DNA of 64,000 nucleotides from Hydrurus foetidus. Taxonomy: Eukaryota. Under the pieces are notes generated by a model. The model was given only the letters and a program-made list of their open reading frames with translations, searched no databases and was not told where the DNA came from. Below are positions 52,524 to 60,934 of the stretch, piece by piece. The position numbers and the translations under genes are program-made. Within the stretch, counting starts at the first letter, position 1; every line of letters starts with the position of its first letter. The stretch spans positions 186,001 through 250,000 of the forward strand of contig UYFQ01000010.1 in assembly GCA_900617105.1 (NCBI GenBank), written 5' to 3'.

Positions 52524-53408
52524 ATGAACCAACTCCTTGCCTTCCTTTGCATCCTCGCAAGCCTAGGCGCCGGCTCCGTCCGCGCTGATGCCGACAGTGC
52601 TGCGGCCGCGTACTTTGAGCACCGCGAACGGCTGCACTATGACAACGCCGCGCGCAGCACCAGCGTAGCGCGCGCCGACACGCTGGTGAAGGGCGTCTAC
52701 CGCCTGGAAGACCGTGCCAGTGGCCGCTTCATCGCGCTGATCACCGAGCGCGGCGACCTGAAAGGGGATTCCGAGGGCTGGATCCGGGTGGGGCCCGAAG
52801 GCCCCGAGCCGCTGACCACTGCCGAACGCGCGCAGCTACGTGCCGAGGTGATGCGCAATATCGCCTGGGATCAGTTGATCGAGGACCGGTATGGCCGCGG
52901 TGGTGGCCGTCGACTTATTTTGCTAACCGCCGTCAACTGCCCGTTCTGCGAAAACATGGAAGCCAATTTGGCGCGCATGGCCGCTTCGCTGGACACCACC
53001 TTTTATGTGCTGCCCTCATCGCTGACACCGCTATCCAACGAGGGTGCTGGCTTGCGCACTTGGCAGCAGGCTGCGGCGCTGCGTTGCGCGAAGGACCCCG
53101 GCGCGGCCTGGCGGCGTTTCTGGACACAGCGTACCGTACCGAATAGCGCAGGCTGTGCAATGGACGCGGAGGCCGCGCAGCGCAGCTCCCGGAACTTTGG
53201 CACGGTATTGGCCAGCATTGGCACCAGGGTGAGCGGCACACCTGCGGTGATCCGCGAGGACGGCACCCGGCTCACCGTGCCGCCAGACATGGACTTGGCT
53301 TATGCCACCGCCGTGTACGGTCCGGCGGGGTTGCCGGCAGGTTTGCCCGCGCCCGGCACGCCGCCCGTGTGGCTCGTGGGCCCCAAAAAGGGCGCCGCCA
53401 CAAACTAG
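52524..53408 (+). CDS. Secreted thioredoxin-fold (DsbC/DsbG-like) protein
   Basis: Signal peptide, NCPFC active site, GTP cis-Pro loop, extra Cys pair. Confidence 0.7.
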   Translation: MNQLLAFLCILASLGAGSVRADADSAAAAYFEHRERLHYDNAARSTSVARADTLVKGVYRLEDRASGRFIALITERGDLKGDSEGWIRVGPEGPEPLTTAERAQLRAEVMRNIAWDQLIEDRYGRGGGRRLILLTAVNCPFCENMEANLARMAASLDTTFYVLPSSLTPLSNEGAGLRTWQQAAALRCAKDPGAAWRRFWTQRTVPNSAGCAMDAEAAQRSSRNFGTVLASIGTRVSGTPAVIREDGTRLTVPPDMDLAYATAVYGPAGLPAGLPAPGTPPVWLVGPKKGAATN

Positions 53409-53462
53409 TGGAAAATACTAGGTTTCCCAGCTTTCCAACCCTTCGCTCCCCTGAGCCAGTCC

Positions 53463-54884
53463 ATGCAAGACGTAAATTCTTCCAAGATCTCTGTCGAGAA
53501 AATCGGCGGCACCTCTATGACCGCCTTTGGCGATGTGCTGCGCCACATCGTGTTGCACGACCCCAAACGCATCTACGGCCGCATTTATGTGGTGTCGGCC
53601 TATTCGGGCGTGACCAACCAGTTGCTGGAGCACAAGAAGACCGGCGAACGCGGTATTTACGCTCTGTTTGCCGAAGGCAAGGGCTACCAGGATGCCTTGA
53701 CAGGCTTGGCTGCCAGCCTGAAGACGCTCAACGCCGGGTATGCCGATATCGGCCTGCCGCTGGCTGTGGCCGATGCCTTTGTCGATCAGCGCATTGCCCA
53801 GGCCCGCGAATACCTGGGCGCCATGCACCACGTGCTGGCCAGCGGTTACCTTAACCGCAAGGACGTGTTGTTGGCCGCGCGTGAAGTGCTGGCCTCCATC
53901 GGTGAGTCCCACAGCGCGTTCAACTCGGTGGAAATCCTCAGGGCCAATGGCGTGAATGCCGTGCTGATGGACTTGGCTGGCTTTGACGACAACGAAGCCT
54001 GGACGATTGACGAGCGTATTGCCAGTAGCTTCAAGGACCTGGACCTGGCCAACAGCGTGATCGTGGCCACGGGTTACACCAAGGGGACCGAAGGCATCAT
54101 GCGCGAGTTCGACCGCGGGTACTCCGAGGTCACGTTCAGCAAGATTGCCGTGGAAGTGCGCCCAGCCGAGGCCGTGATCCACAAGGAATTCCACCTATCC
54201 TCGGCCGACCCCAACCTCGTGGGTCTGGAAAACGCGATTGTGGTGGGTGCCACCAACTACGACGTGGCCGACCAACTGGCCGATGTGGGCATGGAAGCGA
54301 TTCACCCCAAGGCGTCCAAGCCCATGGAGCTGGCGGGCATTCCCATCCGCTTGAAGAACACGTTTGAGCCGGACCATCCTGGAACGCTGATCACCAAGGA
54401 CTTTGTGGGCGAGCGTGCCCGCGTGGAAATCGTCACCGGTACCGACAAGGTCACACTGATCGAAATCCACGACCCCAGCATGGTGGGCACCGTGGGCTTT
54501 GATGCCAACCTGATGCAAGTGTTCTGCAAGCACGACATCAGCTACATCCTGAAGGCCACCAACGCCAACTCCATCGCTCACTTGGTGTGGGACAACCAGG
54601 TAACCGCCGAACTCGTGGCCGAACTCGAAACCTTGTACCAAGTGGTGACGGTCAAGCCCAGCGCCATCGTCTGCACTATTGGCTCCAACATCGGCATTCC
54701 CGGTGTGCTTGCCAAGGCAGCGCAGGCGCTGGCGGATGCGCAGGTCAACGTCAACTGCGTGTCGCAGACCCTGCGTCAGGTGAATATGCAGTTTGTGATT
54801 GAGCGCGAAGACTACAAGACGGCCATCAAAGCACTCAACATGGCGCTGTGCGTGAACTCCGGCACGCCAGTGCCACGCGTCTGA
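53463..54884 (+). CDS. ask: Aspartate kinase, ectoine-associated (Ask_Ect) type
   Basis: VEKIGGTSM, VVSAYSGVTNQLLEHKK, FDRGYSEVTFS, IHKEFHLSSADP; C-terminal ACT domains. Confidence 0.85.
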   Translation: MQDVNSSKISVEKIGGTSMTAFGDVLRHIVLHDPKRIYGRIYVVSAYSGVTNQLLEHKKTGERGIYALFAEGKGYQDALTGLAASLKTLNAGYADIGLPLAVADAFVDQRIAQAREYLGAMHHVLASGYLNRKDVLLAAREVLASIGESHSAFNSVEILRANGVNAVLMDLAGFDDNEAWTIDERIASSFKDLDLANSVIVATGYTKGTEGIMREFDRGYSEVTFSKIAVEVRPAEAVIHKEFHLSSADPNLVGLENAIVVGATNYDVADQLADVGMEAIHPKASKPMELAGIPIRLKNTFEPDHPGTLITKDFVGERARVEIVTGTDKVTLIEIHDPSMVGTVGFDANLMQVFCKHDISYILKATNANSIAHLVWDNQVTAELVAELETLYQVVTVKPSAIVCTIGSNIGIPGVLAKAAQALADAQVNVNCVSQTLRQVNMQFVIEREDYKTAIKALNMALCVNSGTPVPRV

Positions 54885-54968
54885 TGGCGGTGAACCCAGT
54901 GCACTGACGTCCGCGCCAGTTTGTCGTCATCCTTCAACCGGCAGGAGGCTAGTTGGGAGAGTGACTTT

Positions 54969-56117
54969 CTATTTCGGTGAGGCCTGATAGGCTGCCATGA
55001 GTTCGGCAAACAGGCCTCGGCTTTTCAACGATTCACAAACCTTGCATTTGTTGTGGCTGTGACCAAGCATCGCGAAATGTGCCAGATGTTCTGCTCGTTC
55101 AATTTTGTCTTTTTCCTCTTTGGCTTTGGTTTGCAGCGCTCTTACACCGGCGTCGATCTGCGCTTTGCGGATGAAGCCAAGGCCTACGGCCCGCTCGCGT
55201 TCGAAGCGGGCAGCAGATTCCTGTGGCGTAAACTCTCGATTCTTAAGCACGTCCGCAGCTTTTTGCTTCGGTTCGTCATACACCCAGGCCATCACTTCGT
55301 CTAGGTCGACACCCATCATGGCAAGTGTTGACACAGCGTTATACAGATGGCTCATGCCGGGAGCGTAGTGGCCACTTGCGGTGGTAACTGCCTTAAATTG
55401 TCCGTTCTCGATGTGTACTGTTCCCGCACATAGGACGGTTTCACCGGCAAAATAACTGGAGTGAAACCTGCCTGTTTCTTTTGCTTCTCCCTTTGGGGTG
55501 TAGTGTTGCATCATGTAGAAATCACGTGACATGCTCAGCACGAAGCCCTGGTGAAAATTGTGTCCTGGAAGCATCGTTTTTCCGGCTGCGTCCCGGGCAG
55601 CATTTGCCGCTACGGTGTCTGCCTTGACGAGCGTGGATGAGTTGAGCCACCAGGACTGCTGATAAGCCACTCCGTCCTTGAATTCGATCCGGTATTTCTT
55701 GATCTGTTCAGGCGTGAAATACTGTGCGGTTCGCTGTTCGAAGTCTTTCTTATATCCATGCTGCACCATGCCTTTGCCGAAGGTCTCTTCCAGCCAGCGA
55801 GGCAGAAGATTAACGGTAAGGCCTGTAGTGGTGGATAGTTTTCCAACTGCAAGCGAATACAACTCCATAACCAGGGGGATGCGGGTTGCAGCTACCTGCT
55901 TCGATCCACGCTGGGCTTCCTTGAGCCAGAAATCAAGAGAAAAATACAATTCAGATAGGGCCTCAACTTCTTCTTTGCTACGAGGCGTTGCAAGGTTGTA
56001 GTCCTCTAAGGATTGGTCTGCCCTGCACAATATGGCATCTCGCTTCGCATGCCATACATTGCTTTTTCGCAGCCACAAGTTGGTCTGCGGCATCGTATTA
56101 CCCAATTGGCCCGGCAT
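54969..56117 (-). CDS. Hypothetical protein, candidate toxin/effector
   Basis: Long lower-GC ORF; GGAGA RBS before ATG 56117; FHSSYFAG..AG..SGHY motif. Confidence 0.75.
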   Translation of the reverse strand: MPGQLGNTMPQTNLWLRKSNVWHAKRDAILCRADQSLEDYNLATPRSKEEVEALSELYFSLDFWLKEAQRGSKQVAATRIPLVMELYSLAVGKLSTTTGLTVNLLPRWLEETFGKGMVQHGYKKDFEQRTAQYFTPEQIKKYRIEFKDGVAYQQSWWLNSSTLVKADTVAANAARDAAGKTMLPGHNFHQGFVLSMSRDFYMMQHYTPKGEAKETGRFHSSYFAGETVLCAGTVHIENGQFKAVTTASGHYAPGMSHLYNAVSTLAMMGVDLDEVMAWVYDEPKQKAADVLKNREFTPQESAARFERERAVGLGFIRKAQIDAGVRALQTKAKEEKDKIERAEHLAHFAMLGHSHNKCKVCESLKSRGLFAELMAAYQASPK

Positions 56118-56443
56118 TTTTTCTCCAATAAGAAATTCAATATCGGCAGGTAGCGCGGACATGTCCTGAATCACGGGAATGATTGCGCCTGCTTGCTACT
56201 GCGCCCAGCACGATACCAGATGCAAATAAAATCGGTAGCCTATTTCCGCACTTTCGAGAAAGGATGGACCGTCCAATTCCCTCCAATCCAATTCTCAGCA
56301 AGGTGAAAAAAATCAGGGCACAAAGGGAAGGCCTGCCTTGTGAATGCGGGGCGACTTAGTCATCTTGTCAGACAAACCCCATTTCAATTAGCATACGGTC
56401 GATAAGTTCGTGGTTGAAGCCGTGGTCAATATTTAGGATGCGT

Positions 56444-57028
56444 ATGAAAAAATTCTTGGAGTTTTGCAACAAATTCGGCCTGCAAAACGTAGGCAAACGA
56501 AAAGAGATCGTCAAGCGCAGTGTTCTGGAGAACTGCAACGAGACGGTGCTGTTTTTCTCCTGCGGCTATGACTTTATTCACAGCCCGAGTGACAGGAAGT
56601 TCCAGGGCATCATGGACTTGTTCATGGATCACAATGGTAAATACCCACTCAACATTGGTCGTGAATGTACGGCCGCAGTCAGGGCAATGCTCGCGACACC
56701 CGATATCAATGTCAGTTATGAAGGTCGAGGTATTGGCGGTAGCTCCGGCGTGCGCAGCGCGTTGGGTGTTCCCATCAAGGCGGCGGGGGTCAGGGCTGGC
56801 GGTGTTGGCAACTACAACTTGCAGACAAAAGCACTGGAGTATGTCGTGACGAATATGTCGACTGGACTGAACAAGCAAAATACGGTGGACAATCTTGTTA
56901 CGCAAATGAATGCAGCTGCTCTTAAGCCATCAAGACCGTGGGGCCGTAGCCATGAGGCGTCCTACCTTGAAATGAAGACAGACGTAATGGTTTACTGGGC
57001 GGGTGACACCGCGTCTGTCGGCGTGTAG
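56444..57028 (+). CDS. Hypothetical protein with RGS-like motif
   Basis: Lower-GC ORF; AGGA before ATG 56444; ENCNETVLFF...IMDLF...YPLNI. Confidence 0.65.
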   Translation: MKKFLEFCNKFGLQNVGKRKEIVKRSVLENCNETVLFFSCGYDFIHSPSDRKFQGIMDLFMDHNGKYPLNIGRECTAAVRAMLATPDINVSYEGRGIGGSSGVRSALGVPIKAAGVRAGGVGNYNLQTKALEYVVTNMSTGLNKQNTVDNLVTQMNAAALKPSRPWGRSHEASYLEMKTDVMVYWAGDTASVGV

Positions 57029-57078
57029 GTCTGGCATTTAACCGTCAGCTGTAAACATTTGAGGGGACTATGTAAACG

Positions 57079-57729
57079 TGGTGCGGCTTTCGGCCCAGTG
57101 ACGATGCCTGCGAATTCGGCTACCTGATTCCGGCCAATATGTTTGCCGTGGTGGCGCTGCGGCACACGGCGGAAATCTTGCGCACGGTGTGCAATGACGT
57201 TGCACTGGCCACAGACCTGGAGAGCCTGGCCGAAGAAATAGATCATGGCATTCAGACCTACGGCACGGTGTTGCACCCGGTGCACGGCAAGATCTATGCG
57301 TATGAGACCGATGGCTTTGGCAACCACAACCTGATGGACGACGCCAATGTGCCCAGCCTGTTGTCCATTCCCTACCTGGGCTACGCGCCGGCCGATGACC
57401 CGGTGGTGCAGAACACCCGCCGCTTTGTGCTCAGCCGCGACAACCCCTATTTTCAGCAAGGCAGCCGTGCCCAAGGCATTGGCAGCCCACATACGCCACC
57501 GGGCTACGTCTGGCCCATTGGCCTGGCCATGCAGGGGTTGACATCGTCCGACCACCAGGAGCGTCTGGCCCTGATCGCCATGCTGCGCGACTGCGATGCC
57601 GGCACCGGCCTAATTCACGAGAGCTTCCACCCCGACCGCCCCGAAGAATTCACCCGCCCCTGGTTTGCCTGGGCCAATACGCTGTTTGCGGAGTTGCTGA
57701 TTGAAACCTATGGGTTAGGCAAGCGGTAG
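57079..57729 (+). pseudogene. 5'-truncated duplicate of the GH125 gene
   Basis: 57079-57716 nearly identical to 59604-60241; in-frame TAA at 57073-57075 just upstream. Confidence 0.9.
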
Positions 57730-57751
57730 GAATCCGCAACGTCGTTGGTAT

Positions 57752-57808
57752 TGCTATTGATTCAGTAGCTGGTCGCGCAGATTCCATGGGGGCTGCGCGG
57801 CTTTTTTA
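57752..57808 (+). repeat. Dispersed repeat copy with terminator-like hairpin
   Basis: gctattgattcagtagc-tggtc-gcgc-agattccatgggg-gctgcgcggc-tttttt. Confidence 0.85.
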
Positions 57809-57839
57809 TATGAAGACTCGCGCGGCGGCATAATGGACA

Positions 57840-58898
57840 ATGACCGACGCTTCCCCTCCCCACAAGCGCCGCGTGCGTTACGCTGGCACCCATCCCCGCC
57901 AGTTTGAAGAAAAGTACAAAGAGCTGGACCCCACGCGTCACGCGGCCGAAGTGGACAAGGTCATGCAGCGCGGGCAAACGCCTGCGGGCATGCACCGCTC
58001 CATTTGCGTGGACGAAATCCTCGCCATCCTGAAACCCTCGCCCGGCGAAACCGGCCTGGATCTGACGTTGGGCTTTGGTGGCCACACGCTGGCCATGTTG
58101 CCGCTGGTGCAGCCCGGCGGGCGCGTGTTTGGCTTGGATGTGGACCCGATTGAACTGCCCCGCACCACGGCGCGGCTGCGTGCCTTGGGCTTTGGCGAAG
58201 AGACACTGATCGTGCATCGTGCCAACTTCAGCGAACTGGCCAGCTTGCTGCCGCAAGCGGGCGGCGGCTTTGACTTTGTGCTGGCCGACCTGGGCGTATC
58301 GTCCATGCAGATTGACAACCCGGCACGGGGCTTCAGCTTCCGGGCCGATGGTCCGCTGGATTTGCGCCTGGACCCTACGAATGGCCAGTCGGCCAGCGAG
58401 TTGCTGTTGAGCGTGACGCGGCACCGGCTGCGTGACTTGCTGACAGACAACTCCGACGAGCCCTTTGCTATTCCCTTGGCTGCAGCCCTGCAAGGCCAGT
58501 ATCTGGAAACCACCGTGCAGCTGGCCGATCTGGTGCGGGCCACCATGGAGCTGGCCTACAAGCGCAGCATGCCGGCAGAAGAGCGCCTGGTGGAAACCAA
58601 GAAGGTCCTGCAGCGCACATTTCAGGCGCTGCGCATAGAGGTGAACGACGAGTTTGGCGTGCTGGACAAGATGCTGCTGAACCTGCCTGCCTGCCTGAAG
58701 CCCGGCGGGCGCGTTGCTATTCTGAGCTTTCACTCTGGCGAAGACCGGCGCGTGAAAAAGTGCTTTCAAACGGGTGAGCGCAACGGCACCTTCAGCAGCG
58801 TGGCCGCCGACCCCATTCGTGCCTCGTACGACGAGCAGCGCAGCAACCCCCGGTCCTCGTCCGCCAAGTTGCGCTGGGCCGTGCGGGCGCTGCAATAG
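57840..58898 (+). CDS. RsmH/MraW-family SAM methyltransferase paralog
   Basis: DLTLGFGGH, DLGVSSMQID..RGFSF, FQALRIEVN, SFHSGEDRRVK, NPRSSSAKLR; N-terminal extension; not in mraZ/ftsL context. Confidence 0.85.
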   Translation: MTDASPPHKRRVRYAGTHPRQFEEKYKELDPTRHAAEVDKVMQRGQTPAGMHRSICVDEILAILKPSPGETGLDLTLGFGGHTLAMLPLVQPGGRVFGLDVDPIELPRTTARLRALGFGEETLIVHRANFSELASLLPQAGGGFDFVLADLGVSSMQIDNPARGFSFRADGPLDLRLDPTNGQSASELLLSVTRHRLRDLLTDNSDEPFAIPLAAALQGQYLETTVQLADLVRATMELAYKRSMPAEERLVETKKVLQRTFQALRIEVNDEFGVLDKMLLNLPACLKPGGRVAILSFHSGEDRRVKKCFQTGERNGTFSSVAADPIRASYDEQRSNPRSSSAKLRWAVRALQ

Positions 58899-58979
58899 GC
58901 CCCAGCGGCCTCGGTCGGTTGGTAACTCGCAGGTAACTTGCGGGGGCGCAATGGCACTCCCGCGTGCTATGGTTTCGCC

Positions 58980-60254
58980 ATGCATTTACCTCAGCTCAAT
59001 GACCGTATCGCGCACGCCGCACGCCGCCTGCCTGCCGACCCCGCCTTGCAAGCGCAATTCACAACCTGCGCCCTCAACACCATTGAAACCACGACCGAAC
59101 GCCTGAACGACGGCACGACCTTCGTGTTCACCGGTGACATCCCGGCGCTGTGGTTGCGCGACTCGTCCGCCCAGGTGCGGCACTATTTGCTGCTGGCGGC
59201 TGATGTGCCCGAGGTGCGAGACTTGGTGGCTGGTCTGATCCGTCGCCAGATGGACTGCATCCTGCTGGACCCCTATGCCAATGCCTTCAACAAAGGCCCC
59301 ACGGGCGGCGGCCACTCTGGTGACCTGACCGACGCGCATCCCATGGTCTGGGAAAGAAAGTACGAAATCGACTCGCTGTGCTATCCGTTGGACCTGGCGT
59401 GGCAGTTCTGGAAACGCAGTGGTGTCACCACGGTGTTTGACGACACCTGGCGCAAAGCGGTGCGCACCGTGGCTGCTTTGTTCCGCACCGAGCAGCGACA
59501 CTTTGAGGATTCGCCTTACCGCTTTGAGCGCCCGCACGCGGTGCAGACCGACACCTTGCGCAACCACGGCAGGGGCATGCCCGTGAACTACACCGGCATG
59601 ACCTGGTGCGGCTTTCGGCCCAGCGATGACGCCTGTGAATTCGGCTACCTGATTCCGGCCAATATGTTTGCCGTGGTGGCGCTGCGGCACACGGCGGAAA
59701 TCTTGCGCACGGTGTGCAGTGACGTAGCACTGGCCACAGACCTGGAGAGCCTGGCCGAAGAAATCGATCATGGCATTCAGGCTTATGGCACGGTGTTGCA
59801 CCCGGTGCACGGCAAGATCTACGCGTATGAGACCGATGGCTTTGGCAACCACAACCTGATGGACGACGCCAATGTGCCCAGCCTGTTGTCCATTCCCTAC
59901 CTGGGGTACGCGCCGGCCGATGACCCGGTGGTGCAGAACACCCGCCGCTTTGTGCTTAGCCGCGACAACCCCTATTTTCAGCAAGGCAGCCGTGCCCAAG
60001 GCATTGGCAGCCCACATACGCCACCGGGCTACGTCTGGCCCATTGGCCTGGCCATGCAGGGGTTGACATCGTCCGACCACCAGGAGCGTCTGGCCCTGAT
60101 CGCCATGCTGCGCGACTGCGATGCCGGCACCGGCCTAATGCACGAGAGCTTCCACCCCGACCGCCCCGAAGAATTCACCCGCCCCTGGTTTGCCTGGGCC
60201 AATACGCTGTTTGCGGAGTTGCTGATTGAAACCTATGGGTTGGCAGTGAAGTGA
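58980..60254 (+). CDS. Glycoside hydrolase family 125 (exo-alpha-1,6-mannosidase-like)
   Basis: TGDIPALWLRDS, WERKYEIDSL, FRPSDD, MDDANVPSLL, FTRPWFAWAN. Confidence 0.9.
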   Translation: MHLPQLNDRIAHAARRLPADPALQAQFTTCALNTIETTTERLNDGTTFVFTGDIPALWLRDSSAQVRHYLLLAADVPEVRDLVAGLIRRQMDCILLDPYANAFNKGPTGGGHSGDLTDAHPMVWERKYEIDSLCYPLDLAWQFWKRSGVTTVFDDTWRKAVRTVAALFRTEQRHFEDSPYRFERPHAVQTDTLRNHGRGMPVNYTGMTWCGFRPSDDACEFGYLIPANMFAVVALRHTAEILRTVCSDVALATDLESLAEEIDHGIQAYGTVLHPVHGKIYAYETDGFGNHNLMDDANVPSLLSIPYLGYAPADDPVVQNTRRFVLSRDNPYFQQGSRAQGIGSPHTPPGYVWPIGLAMQGLTSSDHQERLALIAMLRDCDAGTGLMHESFHPDRPEEFTRPWFAWANTLFAELLIETYGLAVK

Positions 60255-60342
60255 TGCCATAGCGTCCTCCATGCTGGAAATGGAAAATGGGAAATGGGCT
60301 GTGTAAAAACCGCGTAAACGCTACGATTCGGCTTTATTTAGA

Positions 60343-60374
60343 ATGCATTTAGATATATCATAACGGCATCTAAA
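60343..60374. promoter_or_regulatory. Inverted-repeat operator candidate upstream of the PadR gene
   Basis: AT-rich; tttagat...atctaaa inverted repeat with a gatatatc palindrome. Confidence 0.4.
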
Positions 60375-60388
60375 CAAGAAAAGTAACC

Positions 60389-60934
60389 ATGCGACACCAC
60401 CACCCACACTTCAATGTCCACATGCGTTCTGGCGAGCATGGCGACGGCATTGGCGGCGGGCGCGGGGGGCGTGTCTTCAGCCACGGCGGCCTGCGCTTTG
60501 TGCTGCTGCAGCTGATCAGCGAGAAACCCAGCCACGGCTACGAGCTGATCAAGCTGATCGAAGACCGCCTCGGCGGCAGCTACAGCCCCAGCCCGGGCAC
60601 GGTCTACCCCACGCTCACGCTGCTGGAAGAGCAGGGCTACCTGCAAGGCGAAAGCGCAGACGCCGGCGGCCGCAAAAGCTACGCCATCACCGATGTGGGC
60701 AAGGCCTTTCTAGAAGAGAACCGCGCGCTGACCGACGCCATGCTGGCACGTCTGAACGGTGGGGTGGACGGCGCGGGTGTCCGGGGTGGCCGGCCGCCGC
60801 AGGTGATGCGCGCGATTGAAAACCTGAAGCTGGCCATGCGCATGCGCCTGTCTCGCGAAGCGCTGACGCCCGACCAAGCCAACGCCTTTGCAGCAGTGCT
60901 GGATCACGCGGCCCAACAGCTGGAGAAAATCTGA
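60389..60934 (+). CDS. PadR-family regulator (YqjI-like)
   Basis: His-rich N-terminus, HGYELIK, YSPSPGTVYPTL. Confidence 0.9.
   Translation: MRHHHPHFNVHMRSGEHGDGIGGGRGGRVFSHGGLRFVLLQLISEKPSHGYELIKLIEDRLGGSYSPSPGTVYPTLTLLEEQGYLQGESADAGGRKSYAITDVGKAFLEENRALTDAMLARLNGGVDGAGVRGGRPPQVMRAIENLKLAMRMRLSREALTPDQANAFAAVLDHAAQQLEKI

Noticed and set aside
57079..60241. Diversity-generating retroelement TR/VR pair
   Set aside because: The repeat is much longer than a typical TR, differences are mostly synonymous C/T changes rather than adenine-specific, and no reverse transcriptase is present.
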